A stretch of DNA of 62,104 nucleotides, filler included, from Sluysia triapertura (lineage: Eukaryota), in assembly GCA_046118255.1 (NCBI GenBank). It is 4 parts of 4 records of this genome, joined end to end, with 100 filler letters (N's around TTAATTAATTAA, not from the genome) between each part and the next. Parts side by side here need not be neighbours in the genome. Positions count along the whole stretch, not along the records: positions 26,008 to 37,622 come from JBJNIA010182779.1; positions 37,723 to 49,417 come from JBJNIA010178697.1; 2 more parts are not named here. One strand, given 5' to 3'. Position 1 is the first letter of the stretch; each line of letters begins with the position of its first letter. Of the stretch, positions 29,863 to 42,721 are shown piece after piece. The translations under genes and the position numbers were made by a program. The notes beneath the pieces are model-generated. The model did not search any database, was not told where the DNA came from, and saw only the letters and a list, made by a program, of their open reading frames with translations.

Positions 29863-30677
29863 ATAAGAAAAATTTATTTCGTTGTTCGAATTCAATTAAA
29901 TAAAATTTGTTGAGTCAAAGTAAGATTTAATCTTTCAATGTGTATGTTATCTTTAAACTTATTCATAGTATCTATTATTACTTGACATATTTTATCAATT
30001 TATAAAAAGTATCGATTGGTTTTTATTCAGAGTTATTATATAACACGTGAAGACAACGGTTTGTTTTTATTCTCAATCCGATTGAATTTAATCTATCTTT
30101 GTTTTCGCATTCGTATTATAATAATAATTACGATTAGACTATTTAAAAATTCGATAATTTTGTTATATTTTAAAAACGCCACAAGTAATATATCAATATT
30201 TAAGTTTTTCTTTGTTTAAATGTAAATTTGTAATTATTGTTTATAATAATAATGTATGGTAATAGAAAAATTTTATTGAAATTTTCATTTTACACAATTT
30301 AATAAATTATAAGCATTGTTTTAGTTATAAATTTTGTCATTAGTTTTCTAAAAGAATTTTATTTAAATAATAATCTTATCGAAATAACAAGCAAGATTGT
30401 ACTACTGTTTTGGTGCCTAGTAATGCTCCAAAAATAATTTTTTCTTGTAAATCGAAATATGAAATTTTATAGTATGTTTTGTTAGTATAATAGTACAATG
30501 ATTGATAATTAATTAATCAAAGTTATAATGATTTCGAAGGATATTAAACTGGTTTAATATGATTGTTATGCATATAAATCATTTTATATAATGTTATTCT
30601 GGGTTTCACTAATGTTTCACAGATAATCAACAAAGACAAATATGATTGTTATTTAAAGTTTGTATTTACATATTAAG

Positions 30678-30866
30678 GCCTAAAACATGCTACAGAAGTA
30701 GCTATTTTGAATGCTAATTATATGTTGAAACGATTGGCTGGTTATTATCGAACAAAATTTGTTAATGAAAATGGTTTGTGTGCTCACGAGTTTATTATTG
30801 ATTGTAGTCCATTTAAAAGTGTCGGAATTGAAGTTATTGATATATCCAAACGACTTATGGACTATG
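30678..30866 (+). CDS. GLDC: Glycine decarboxylase, next exon
   Basis: taag|GC...G|gttagt, phase-compatible with the previous exon; (G)[23 protein letters not shown]...[30 protein letters not shown]. Confidence 0.96.
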
Positions 30867-31289
30867 GTTAGTTATTTTTTATATAATTTTAAATATTATA
30901 GTCTTTATCTATAAATTACTGTTTTTCGATTTAAAATAGAAATGCTGATGCTATAAATAAAGTTACATTTTTCAGTATCTACATATTGTATTATAATATA
31001 AACCGGATCTAAGTCATAAAGAACAATAATAGTTTATTTTTTACTAAATATATTTTGCATCAGACATTATTTTGTATATTTCAACGATTTAAATGATAAA
31101 AAATGATATTTTACTATTATTAAAATAAGAATAAGAACAAAGACGTTAAATAAAAATACTTTTAGTGTGTTTTCATGATTGATGCTCTTAAATGTATATT
31201 TTATTTTAGTTGTACAATACAGATTAAGCATATCTACGACTATTTACAATCTATGTTGATAATATATCGATAGATTATACAGTACGAAA

Positions 31290-31560
31290 ATAACAGTGTC
31301 TTCTGAAAAACATGTACAGTTAAAACGACTTCGTTGTTTAAACTTAATGTTGAAATAAAGGAAGAATTGATAAAACATTGTTGGAATAAGAATGAATTGA
31401 AGAATACCTTGTGAGATGTCGTAAACCTTGGGGAAGATTGAGATTGGTTTGAAAACATTAGAATACCTTTGAACTTGTGAATCTTGTGACCATTTAAACT
31501 CTTTTAAACATTTAAGAGGCTGTAAAACCTTGATAAGCGTTTAATATCTTTGAATGTTTG
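31290..31560. repeat. Dispersed repeat family A, partial copy 1 (LTR-like)
   Basis: Shares attgttggaataagaat, ttgaaaac, ctttgaacttg, accttgataagc blocks with 56350-56685 and 60227-60575. Confidence 0.7.
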
Positions 31561-33169
31561 GGAAACGAGGTCATTGTTACTCATATTAGAGAAATAGGAA
31601 AATGATCAGATGGTGTACCCATAGTATAAAAATAACGGTAACGACTGATTTCGAAAAATTTGGAAATCCGAATGAAAGTAATGAAGCGACGAGACTAGTA
31701 AATTATTTATCCATAATCATAGTTTAGGACTTACTAATTTTAAGTTCGGAGTAAACGTGATACAAACAAATCTAAAATATCCTGTTACACTGTATACAAC
31801 TGATTTACCCAAATGCTATCATAAATAAACGGCGCATATATGCAGCAGCAATAAGCGTTATTGCTATTAAAACAAGTAAATTCATCAGAACGCTTATTGA
31901 TGTGACCTCTCCTTAAAGAGTTAATGATATTAATAGGAAGAACGCGGATTCAATGGATTATATTGTAGTATCGCTTTAAGATTGCATAAAATATGAATTG
32001 CTTAAGTCTATGGATGATTTGTAGTGTAACTTTGATGATTTAAATCTATCATTATAAACATAATTATAAATCTATTAAACTATAGATTCACATCATTTTA
32101 CCATTTCTTTCACATTTTTACATTCTACATTAACATTAATTATATAGTATTAAATTATTTCATATTAAATATTAAATTAAATTATTATTAACAAAGATTA
32201 AAATAATTAATTATACTTAATAATTAAAATATTTTAAATTTATATTATAATTATTATTAATATTTATGTGAAATATTTTCTCATTGTTTTATCTGAAAAT
32301 CAATCGTATAGTTTAATAATTTAAAAACGAATATTACAACTAAGTATTAATAAAAGCAGGTTTAAATTTTATTAAATTTAAATTTATTTTATTAAATTTA
32401 AAATAACTTTATGTTTTATTATTTTTGAATAAAGTTTTTTGGAGAAAACAATTTATTATTATTAAACAGATTTTATTGGACGCTACATTATGGAAATAGA
32501 AAGTATAGTTTTTCTAAAAATGTTATAATGAAGATATTCAATTGGATCTAGATAAATTATCAAAATCAAATGATACGGTGACAATGTTGCAATTAAGTGT
32601 TCATTATTTAACGTCTGTCTACAAATAAATATACTCGCATTGCATACCATGCGAGTCCATTAAACTTTAAACCAACAACATGAATAAACCCATCAGTCTA
32701 CTATGCCAAGTCAGCAAGTCAAAACAATTTTCATGTAACATATTACTAGAAAATAACTAGCGAAATTTACTCTTTGGTCCATTGGACAAGTGAATTATCA
32801 TTGTACAAATGCTATTATAGAAATGACAAATTTAAAACAGAAGCTTCTAAAGGATTAAACAAATTATTTCGTGTTAAATTAACATAGCCGCCAATTTTTC
32901 TTTTTAATGAATGAAGAGGAAAAAACGTATGCGTAAACGTATTAACTGAATTGAATCTTTCGGAAGGTATCTTGCATCCATTTTATGCAAATGCTATAAA
33001 ATTTTATAAATTACATATTCAATTTTTATTGCAATCATGTGTTTATAAGAAACCAGAAATAAATGAAATACTTATAGAGTATTTTACATTATTTCCCAAT
33101 AATTTAATATAAAATAATAATATAATATATATTAATTTATATTGCGCTCATATCTACTGTGTAAGTACT

Positions 33170-33498
33170 CAAAAGCGCTTAACGTAAATAATTCACCGTA
33201 GTATTTCTGAAGCAGAAATAACTTTGCCTTTTTCTTAAATATTTCATAATCTTCCAATAATTTGACATTCTCTGGTAACTTATTGCATATTTTTGAAACA
33301 TAAACAGTATACAACCTATCACCTAGCTTGTTATCACTGTGGATTCTGTATATATTATTATGTCTCAATGACATTCATCTTGGTTTCCAATTTTTTATTA
33401 TTTCTAAAAGATATTCAGGACTTCCGTAATGTAAGCATTTGTAAATTATTGTCATGATTTTGAAATCTATTCCTAATTTACATGAGATCTTCTTCCCA
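33170..33498 (-). mobile_element. Non-LTR retrotransposon (CR1/L2 group) ORF2 3' fragment, copy 1
   Basis: IDFKIMTIIYKCLHYGSPEYL..SLRH...ICNKLPENVK..FKKKAKLFL; closely similar to 55080-55585. Confidence 0.8.
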
Positions 33499-34375
33499 CA
33501 TAATAATGAATATATTATTCAGAAAATATAATCAATTGAAGAAAATGCTACTAAACAAAATTTATAAGATCTATATATAATCAACATATTAAGATTGCTT
33601 TTTATGCTGTTACAACAATTTAAAATGATTTTAATGCTAACATTAAATCAGCGGAAATAAGATAATAATTTTAGCCTTTATTTTAAACCTAACGTTAAGT
33701 AAGGGAAAACTCATAAATTAAAACTTAAAAATTTTACACTAACGAATTGAAAGATGAATTTAAATATGGATTCTGAAATTACAAAGTTTTCGACAAATTG
33801 TAGCAACAATACCAGTAATAAATTAGCGCATTACAGTTTTACAAGCTATTTTGTAGTCCTTTGTATATTCATTACCTTATTACTGCATTTTTAATAATTC
33901 ATTTATTAATGTAATTCAAACTAGCAATCACCATTTACATTAATATGTCCATTAATTCATATTCATTAATCCAGTAATATTCGATTAATTTATTGATTCC
34001 ACATCCAGTCCTTATTCTTTCAGACGATCACATCTTTGAATCAGCGGGTCCTGCTCTTTACAATAGCACCGATTGCTATTTATGCTTTATTAATCAGTTA
34101 TTATTATTATTATTATCATTATTATTATTATTATCATCATTATTAACCATTAATTAAATATTATTAATATTTAGAACTACATTTTGAATAATAATACGTT
34201 TTCAAAGATAATGCATTTCTTTTCCAATTTACCGAAATATATCATTTATTTATTAATTAGTACAAATTAATTCTATTTAACGCTGCAGAAATAATAATAT
34301 TTGAATATAAACTTAACAATAATAATATTTACACAATACAAAAATGATAAAATAAATAAATATATATGAAATAAA

Positions 34376-34940
34376 TTAATATTTTATAATATTGTTACAA
34401 TTATAAGTGTTTCGAACCAAATTGTAGGTATTATTATTATTATCATTATCATTATTATTTTCTGAGAAACTGTTAGCTTTCACCAAATTTTCCAAATTTT
34501 TATTTCCACGTCCTATTTCGTGGCAGTTTGTTTTATCAATTCTGTAATCATAGCAACAAGTATTGCTTCTATTTTGCTGTTCTGCAATTCGTTCTACACT
34601 TGCAAAACACGGTACACGAGTTGTCGGTACATCTTGACGAATACAACTACTGTTTCCATAGTTACTTTTATAACACAATCCAAGCAACGGTAACTTAGCA
34701 ACGGTTCTTTTATAATTTTCAGAATTTGTCGATACCATATTCAGTGTCGATTTTATTAATCGCCGAACCTCGAAATTCAAGAAACAATAAATCAGAGCCA
34801 CAAAGAAACCTTGTGTCGAGGTTAAAATGGCATACAGATACATGAAGAACGATTTCATTTGTTGATGATAATGGTCAATCAAAATGACGTAGTAAAATCC
34901 AAGTAGGGGCATTAAGACTAGAGTTGCTTTGACAGCTTTT
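34376..34940 (-). CDS. Class B1 (secretin/calcitonin/CRF/PDF-receptor family) GPCR, terminal exon (TM6-TM7 and C-tail)
   Basis: tttcag| acceptor, then KAVKATLVLMPLLGFYY...LTSTQGFFVALIYCFLNFEVRR, the class B TM6 and TM7/helix 8 signatures. Confidence 0.93.
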
Positions 34941-35099
34941 CTGAAATTAAATTGTAAATATTATAAATAATGCATAATTCTACTTTGTTGATAAATTGTA
35001 GAATATTCCACTACTTTTCATTATTATTGTATTTCATTGTACGAAATATACCTTTATTTTCTAATTACATCTTCTCTAACAGTAAAGGTTGATGTGACC

Positions 35100-37260
35100 T
35101 TGAAAAAGATCATGACCATTTTAGTGGTAAGTATTTAGGTGTTTCTTGTAATAAAAATGTAATTTAAGTAGAAATATTACATCGTACATCACATATTATA
35201 ATGTACATTGAGTAAATTAATATATTGGGAAATAACTTGTATACCACAAAGTTCAAAAAAGTTTCAAGCCTTATTTGATTATACTAAATCATTCAAAAAA
35301 TTTTCAATTAAATTTATAGATAGTTTTCAATTTTTACCAAGCAGTTTAGCAAATTTAACTAGCAGAATGTCTGCACTGCCAGTAACTAGTAAAGTATGTA
35401 CAAATTGTGTAGCTAAATCAAAATGTATTTTTCCTTATCACATGGCTACTTCACTCCATGTTTTACAAAATATTGAATAATTATTGAATAAATAATAATA
35501 CAAATGACGATTATAATTTATTCGATTACGTGATGGTCTACCTAAATTTAGATCCAGTCAACTTTTTATCATTACCTGGTTTAAGTTGGGCATCGAAAAT
35601 GGTGTAGGAGGTGGAATGACACTTATCAACAATTATTTTAAAATAATACAGCATTGGTGGCCAAACTGTTAGACTAAAACAGGAAAAATATGTTTTTCTT
35701 TGGTGGCTTGGAAAAATGTGGAATAAGAAGAAATGATAGATATTTCGCGAAACTTTCTACGAATCGTAAAACTACCAGTATGACTTTGCAGAAGTAGTTA
35801 GAGATTTGCGGAATTCACGTTAGTGCCAGACAATAGTTTGCGAGCAAGCGACCCAGAAGAAAGCCTAAGTTGACACTAGGAATGATCAGCATGGACTAAG
35901 AAATACCAACATTTAACTGAGGATGAAAGGAGTCAAGTGCGTTTTAGTGACGATTCGTCCTTTCAAGTATTGAATGACAAGACCACTTATGTTAGAAGGA
36001 GACCTAATGAGAAGTTTCACCCTGATTGTGTCATAGAAACTGTGAAAAATCCAACTTTTGATTAATAGTTTCATAGTATCCTTGAAAAATGTTGAATTTT
36101 ATCACAAAAATGGTCTTTAGTCTAATAATTTATTGTACGTAGATATTAATAGTTTATATGGTTGGGTTTTATAACAATCATTATCGCACAATGGCTTCGA
36201 GTAGATTTATGATGTAAAAAATTAAATAAATTAAATGTAGATAGTATAAATAGTAAATACATTCGAAGCTGACTTGATTATTCCATCTCATGCCCACGAT
36301 AAGTTAGATGGAATTATCTTTAGCTCCACCAAATTTTAAAGTTAAAAGTTATTATTAACTCATGAACCTAAATTTAATTATATAATGCATTGTCATATTT
36401 TACAAGTGTATATAAAATGAGGAGCAACTGTTTGTAAAATTCATAGAGCAGTTGAATTTAATCAATCTTTTGTTTTTAGAAATACATATTGATTATAACT
36501 CAAATAAGCACAGTCAAGCAAAATCAAAATTCCAGAAAATATTTTACTAGTTTAAAAACAATTATCTTTATGTTAAGACTGCACTGATGTAAGATTTTGT
36601 CGTACCGCTAAAAAATTAATTACAAATAAAGACAATTTTAAAAATTCAATTAAAATTTATGTCGATATCATTTCAGATAGTAGGGTGTGTTTGAATAGAT
36701 CAAGTTGCGAAGGACAAACTGTTTTAGATTTAAATAAATTAAGAATGTATCAATTATAATATGAAGAATTAGAAAAACATCGTCAGCAATTTAATTCTAA
36801 GTTTGAAATTATGGCTGGTGATACTGGTGATGTACTAATGTTAATTTAGATACTTTATTAAATGAATTATTTGATACGTCAAATCGCGATACAAACCATC
36901 CAATATATAATATTAAATTTCAAGATGTAATAAGTAAATTTAAAGACGAAAGTCAAGGTAAGGTAAAATACATTGAATGAATATTTTTGAGACCCAAATG
37001 CTATTCCTTCTTGTCAGTACTACTGAATACAATAAGACTAAAGGAGTGACTCTAAGATGTGTTACCAAGAATGTAAAGAATGTTTTGACATTTCCGTATA
37101 TCAAACCAGAATTGTTTCCAAAAACCATCAGTTATATACAATCAAATCAAGGAAAATTGCACTCTCCAAAAACAATGACAAGAGGTTCTGGCTGGAGAAG
37201 AATCAAAGTCAAGATTATGGACATTGTTTTTTTAATAATGATGATTTTGATAACGAATTT
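35100..37260 (+). mobile_element. Polinton/Maverick (adintovirus-like) protein-primed DNA polymerase B pseudogene
   Basis: Ordered degenerate motifs: DHDHFSGKYLGVSCN; KFIDSFQFLPSSL; IFPY; LDPVNFLSLPGLSW; YVDINSLYG (motif A); KIHRAVEFNQS; KNNYLYVKT (B); AGDTGD (C); KFKDESQG; TKGV. Confidence 0.88.
35649..36125 (+). mobile_element. Tc1-family transposon fragment inserted in the polB pseudogene
   Basis: TA-CAGCATTGGTGGCCAAA start; transposase piece RPRRKPKLT..KYQHLTEDERSQVRFSDDSSFQ..YVRRRPNEKFHPDCVIETVK; partial inverted repeat TTAGACTAAA/TTTAGTCTAA. Confidence 0.85.
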
Positions 37261-37622
37261 TAAGATGTATTTATTTGTTATATTTTGCTTATCGTTCAAA
37301 TTTGCATACTAATAATTTATAGTCTTACAGACGTTTAAGATTTGTGATTGTATATCAAGGATATCAATATTAAACAATGTAACGATATAGGTGCGCGCAA
37401 GAAAACCAGTAAACTAGATAATCCTCGACCTCCTTACTCGGTTATACATTCAATCTCCAAATTATTATCGAATTTTTCAGCGTTATCTTTGTTTTAAGAT
37501 TGTTATTTTAAGATTGTTATAGGGTTTCCCGATCTATTAAGTCATTGTTGCAATCAATTAAGTCACTATTGAAAATGGGCAACTATTTAATATATTAAAA
37601 CTACAAAAATACAAAGATTTTT

Positions 37623-37722
37623 NNNNNNNNNNNNNNNNNNNNNNNNNNNNNNNNNNNNNNNNNNNNTTAATTAATTAANNNNNNNNNNNNNNNNNNNNNN
37701 NNNNNNNNNNNNNNNNNNNNNN
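37623..37722. other. Artificial contig linker
   Basis: 100-nt N gap containing TTAATTAATTAA. Confidence 0.97.
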
Positions 37723-38494
37723 ATAAGTAAATATACAAAGAGTTTAATATTAAAAGTTTAACTTTAAGATACAAAAATCACCAAATTTAGAAATTGTTGA
37801 TTAACAATTAATCGTTGATAAATTTTAAGATTCTTTAAAGGAAATAGAAGATTACTCAGAGGAATCACTTGCTTTTAAGATACCGACCCTCGCTATTCTT
37901 TAATTTTAATTGACATCTGTAATTGCGTCTTCGCTCAGATATAAAGCGCAAATTACAGACGAATCCGTTCATTGAAAAAAAATCATAATTGTTAGTTTTT
38001 ACAAAAAGAAAACGTAACAATATGAACGCATGCTTATAAATACATATAAGAATCAATCATCACAACTACGCAATCGCATAATCACGTTAATTCTAAATGT
38101 GCTTCGCACACAATACTCTTTCTGTCTTGCATCAGGCTATGATAAAAGTGGTCATAATAATAATAAGAGAAAAGTAACCAGTGTTAAGTATGTTCAAATT
38201 TTTTTCTAAAACTTCAAGAACTTTATTATTAGTATCATTATTTTTTTTATTAAACACAATTTTTACAAAACAATTACAAACGAAAGTAGGATATTATTAT
38301 ACTTTTTATTCTGTTGGGATTGGTGAAGGTTAAAAGTAGATGTAAGAGTCAGGACTAAGGATAACAGAATAAGTTCAACATTATTAAAGAATTAAGATGA
38401 GGCAATTTGATGAACTGTAATGGTAGTGTTGCGGCAAAAAGCCTAAAAGTGCCATTTGGTAAAATTGACTATAATAAAATACGTTTGTTAGACG

Positions 38495-38566
38495 GGGCTG
38501 ATAGCTTAGTGGTAGAGCATTCAAACTGCGCAGCGAAGGTCCCGGGTTTGATCCCCGGTCAGTCTA
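38495..38566 (+). tRNA. tRNA pseudogene or tRNA-derived SINE head (isotype unclear)
   Basis: Acceptor stem GGGCTGA/TCAGTCT, D arm TAGCTTAGTGGTAGAGC (A box), T arm CCGGG-TTTGATC-CCCGG (mutated B box), followed by TTTT. The anticodon stem is mismatched. Confidence 0.75.
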
Positions 38567-39881
38567 TTTTATGAAGTCTAACCGTAGGACAAGCACATAA
38601 AATATTTAAATCGAAATAAAATAATGAGAAATACAAAGAAATGACCCTTTAAAAGGTTTTATTTGTTAAAATACTAAAGTACATTTGTTAATTAACTTAA
38701 TTAAAATTTATTTAATTTAATAACTCAATAGAAATGTTTGCTCATGATATAAAGATATTAAATTTAGTGCATAATGTTGAGTTTTATTATTGGTTTTAAT
38801 GATGAAGTATTGCGAAGCATGTCAATGTCAACGTAAAAATTAGTATTTTAATTAATTTTGTAATTTAAAATTAAAGATTAGATATGTTTCATGTCTAAGT
38901 ATTAATAAAGTATATGTCAAATTAATGCTTATAGAGAGACAAATTTAAATATGTTATTGAACTTGACGTGCAACGTACGGTTGACTCACAACATTTTAAT
39001 GCGAAATACTCCTGTGAAAAATAAATTTATTATTTCATTAATTTTATCGTTAAATTAAATTGACAAATTGTGTTATTAGTATAAAAGCAATGTAACAATG
39101 ATTTTAAATTTTAATTAGGTGATATTAAGAAGATAAGGGATTGTTTTCCACAAGTCTCACTATCTTTAAATAATTGGAATGAAGTTGAACATAGACGGAA
39201 ATTTAATCGGCGAAATTAGTCGGCTTATTGCCGACTAAAAGAAAATCAACAGCTTTAATTTCCGATTTGTTTGATTTCTTATTTTTAATTTCACTAATTG
39301 CCGCTATATAAACAGCTATATTTCTGCAATAAAAACAGAAGTAAAAAGGACAATAGAACAGAGTCAGAATAAATTAAGTAAAGCAAACTTTTTATCTAGG
39401 GAAGTTGCTTTAGTTCATCTGTGGATAACGGTGAAACCAAAGTCATTTCTTTAGCAATTGACGAAAATAATCGAGTTTCTTTTTAGGACAATGGTTAGTA
39501 ATATAAGTCTTAATTTTTATATTTTGCATTGATACAAATGCTAAAGTTTAAATATGTTGTGTCACCCCTCGTTGTAATTGTTTTTAAAGAATAATTTACC
39601 TTTTTATAAAGAGTAATTTGTATTGTCATAATTTACATATATTCTATTTGTAGTTTTGTAATAATATAACGAATATATCGAGATTTTGAATTTATTTAGT
39701 TATTGAGTTTTAATTTAATAATTTGGGAAAATAAAAGTAATAAAATACACAACATTTTTATGAAACGGGAATCACCGACAAAAACTTTGTTGCTATTTAT
39801 AATGAACTGTTAAATAGATTTAGTGTTGAAGGTGAACAAGATGATGATACTATAAAATTAAAAGGTTATTTAATTTATTTA

Positions 39882-40193
39882 ATGTACGAAACACCCAAAA
39901 CTGAGACAATTAAAACTGAAGCTATGTATGATGGGTATAACAGCAAATTTAATGATGGAATGAAGCAGAAAGTGGATAGAAGAATACTAAACTGTCTTTG
40001 GTATTTAGAACGATCGAAAGAAGTAAAGTCAGGTAACAATCTTTATATATGCATGTATAAACCCGTTCGAGAGTCTCATTTCTTAGTAAAACTTGGCTCA
40101 CATTTTAATTTGGAATTACCTAATGACCTTAATAGTCTGAAGCATTTTGTATCAGTTGATATCAATAAATATCTTGTAAAAATAAAAAAATAA
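39882..40193 (+). mobile_element. Possible Polinton-type polB N-terminal region fragment
   Basis: LYICMYKPVR..GS..LELPNDLNSLKHFVSVD loosely resembles the YxPLxGSSYIxLPxxLxxKxxIINI segment of Maverick polB. Confidence 0.3.
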
Positions 40194-40862
40194 TTTACAT
40201 TCTGTTGAATAAGTCGAGATTACACAAAGCTTTACCGTGTAAATTCAACGTTGAACGAATAAAAGTGGTATACATCACCTTATTACTTTTCCTACATAAC
40301 CAGTGTCAAACGGTAAATCAAGGTTTGAAAGACTCTGATTTGAATGGCAACAATTCGAATTTCATATTCTTGAAGCAGACTACGGATGCATCGGGAACAT
40401 CGTATATGGAAAGAGTAAAATTTATTTTAGGATATTTTCGCACAATTTTATTTGACAAATACGAACTCAAAGTAAAAATGAATTCACTTGATGTTAGCGG
40501 ATCAAACATTTTTTTGACAATGTTTATTTTAAAGTAATTTTTAATCTTATCTATTTTTGTTTTAGGATTCACAATCCCGTGCAGTGGATAGCATGTCTTC
40601 AATTGAACCTGAATCAAAAAATAATAAACATTTTCATGTTATAAATATGGTATCTGTGTTCCATCTACATAAAATTATATACAATTGTTGTCATATATTT
40701 TTGATTATCAGCGAAAACTTTCAATTAATTAAAGAAAATTATTGTAATCTTGTACTTTCTTATAAAGATCGAAATAAAAAATTAAATTTTATAATAAATG
40801 AAGTAATGATTAAATCAATAAAAAATAATGTAATTTTAATAAACATTAATTATTCAAATAAA

Positions 40863-40874
40863 TGGTGTCAGGAG
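40863..40874 (+). promoter_or_regulatory. Putative primer-binding site (tRNA-Leu)
   Basis: TGGTGTCAGGAG is complementary to the 3' end of metazoan tRNA-Leu(CAG) and lies upstream of the Gypsy coding region. No clear LTR was seen. Confidence 0.45.
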
Positions 40875-41676
40875 CTAAAAAGGACGCCCTCGAATTGTGG
40901 ATATGCTATCAGACCAGGGATTGCGAATTTTCCTGAAAATTTTATTGTCACACGAAAATGCATAAACTTTATTAAATATAAATTTCAGAATAAGTTTATA
41001 AAATATATAAGCAATAATATTCATAATAACTCTAATAATATTCAATTTGCATATACTAAATATATCTTCTTAGATAACTATGTAAATCTAGATAAAATTT
41101 TTTATAAGTATATATCTACCTGCAGAAATATAATGAAAAACATACTAAAAAACCTCTTTTCAAACAACAACATCACCAAAAATACTCAACACAAACCTTC
41201 ACAACAGGATATCCATGAAATAACCACAATCACATCTTCATCTATCAATAACATAAAATCTAATAACAATCTCAATTTTAAGAACACTCAACAAAACACT
41301 ATCACTACATCTATCACTACCTCTTATTTTAAACTTAGACAACAACAAAATTAAAGAAAATAAACACGTTACCTTCAAATTACAAAATAACACACTTCAC
41401 TTCATACCTATACGTAATCAAACAAGTAATAAGTGTAAATCAAATAATAAGAAACCAACTAAAGCACAGAAAAACATCTCTAACATATCGAACAACACTA
41501 TCTTATTTCAAAACTCACCGAATAATAATAATAGTAATAAATATTTGCACCATGATATCACTGTTCAACCAACACACAGGATAATACAAACTATATCATC
41601 AAAAACAAGTAATGAATCACTTATTAAACACAAAACATAAGACCGTGTCATTAACTCACATAATAGTATAAAACCT

Positions 41677-42534
41677 TTGCAAAACTTCGTAAAGAATAAG
41701 AACAATGATATATATTCACATAATAACAATTCTGAACAATCAAAAAACAATACGACACAATCTTTACAAATATCAGAAGCAGAATCACCACATCAACCCA
41801 TCTTACAACAACAAATTACCACAAAACTCCGCAAAAATGACATATTCACTCATACAACAACATCAACATACAACATAACGTCAACTGCATTTCTAGAAAC
41901 ACTTAATAAACCTTTCCATAAAAATAAAATTCAAAAATCTTCCATACAAATATACTCCGAACAGTTAAAAACAACACCTTTCATCTGGACAAATACAATC
42001 CATAATCGTAATAAAATTTTTTGTTACGGGTTTGCTACCACACCAGCCACATCTTTGAACCACTCTACAAAGATACATCAAGCTGAAAATAACGTAACAA
42101 AAGTGTCTAAGCCAGCACAATTCACCCACGAGAATATACTACAATTGTTATGGTCCCCTAATAAGTATAAAATTAATTATAATGAATCCTTCGCACAAGT
42201 TTGCAAAGAAGGTCCCCAACGTAAATGTGCCACTAGGGCCACCTTAAACCAATGGATCAATAAATTTAACTTTATACAAGCTAATACACCCAGGAACGTA
42301 CTTAAACAATTTGACAAGAATATAAGTAACAAAGCCACCACACAAGATCAAAAGACTAATAAACTAAACTTTAAACAAGTCAATATGCCCAAGAACGCAT
42401 CGAAACAATTAGACAAGAAACCAAAAAACGAAATCAGTAAACAAAACCAAAAGCAATCTAATATCCAAAACAAACAATTGAAAACTTATTCGAATAATCA
42501 AATTCACAAAATTCAGATCACAAAAAACAAATAA
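41677..42534 (+). CDS. Low-complexity N/K/Q/T-rich ORF, probable N-terminal extension of the Gypsy Gag precursor
   Basis: 285-aa open frame with the same A/C-rich, G-poor bias as the Gypsy body; internal repeat KFNFIQANTPRNVLKQFDKN / KLNFKQVNMPKNASKQLDKK. Confidence 0.5.
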   Translation: MQNFVKNKNNDIYSHNNNSEQSKNNTTQSLQISEAESPHQPILQQQITTKLRKNDIFTHTTTSTYNITSTAFLETLNKPFHKNKIQKSSIQIYSEQLKTTPFIWTNTIHNRNKIFCYGFATTPATSLNHSTKIHQAENNVTKVSKPAQFTHENILQLLWSPNKYKINYNESFAQVCKEGPQRKCATRATLNQWINKFNFIQANTPRNVLKQFDKNISNKATTQDQKTNKLNFKQVNMPKNASKQLDKKPKNEISKQNQKQSNIQNKQLKTYSNNQIHKIQITKNK

Positions 42535-42721
42535 AACGGAACCTATTATTCCACAAAAAGTCACAAATCAGAACAATCAACCAAAGACAACTACACCCCG
42601 ATCAATTCTTAAACAAAAAGAAATTCTACCAGGAACAATAATTCATTCAACTACCGCATTCTAACGGCATGTTCATACAGAGGTGAACACATCCATCAAC
42701 AACAAAACCTAAATAAATCAA

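Noticed and set aside
37395-37470. Forkhead-like RPPYS motif
   Set aside because: No further forkhead residues or supported exon structure.
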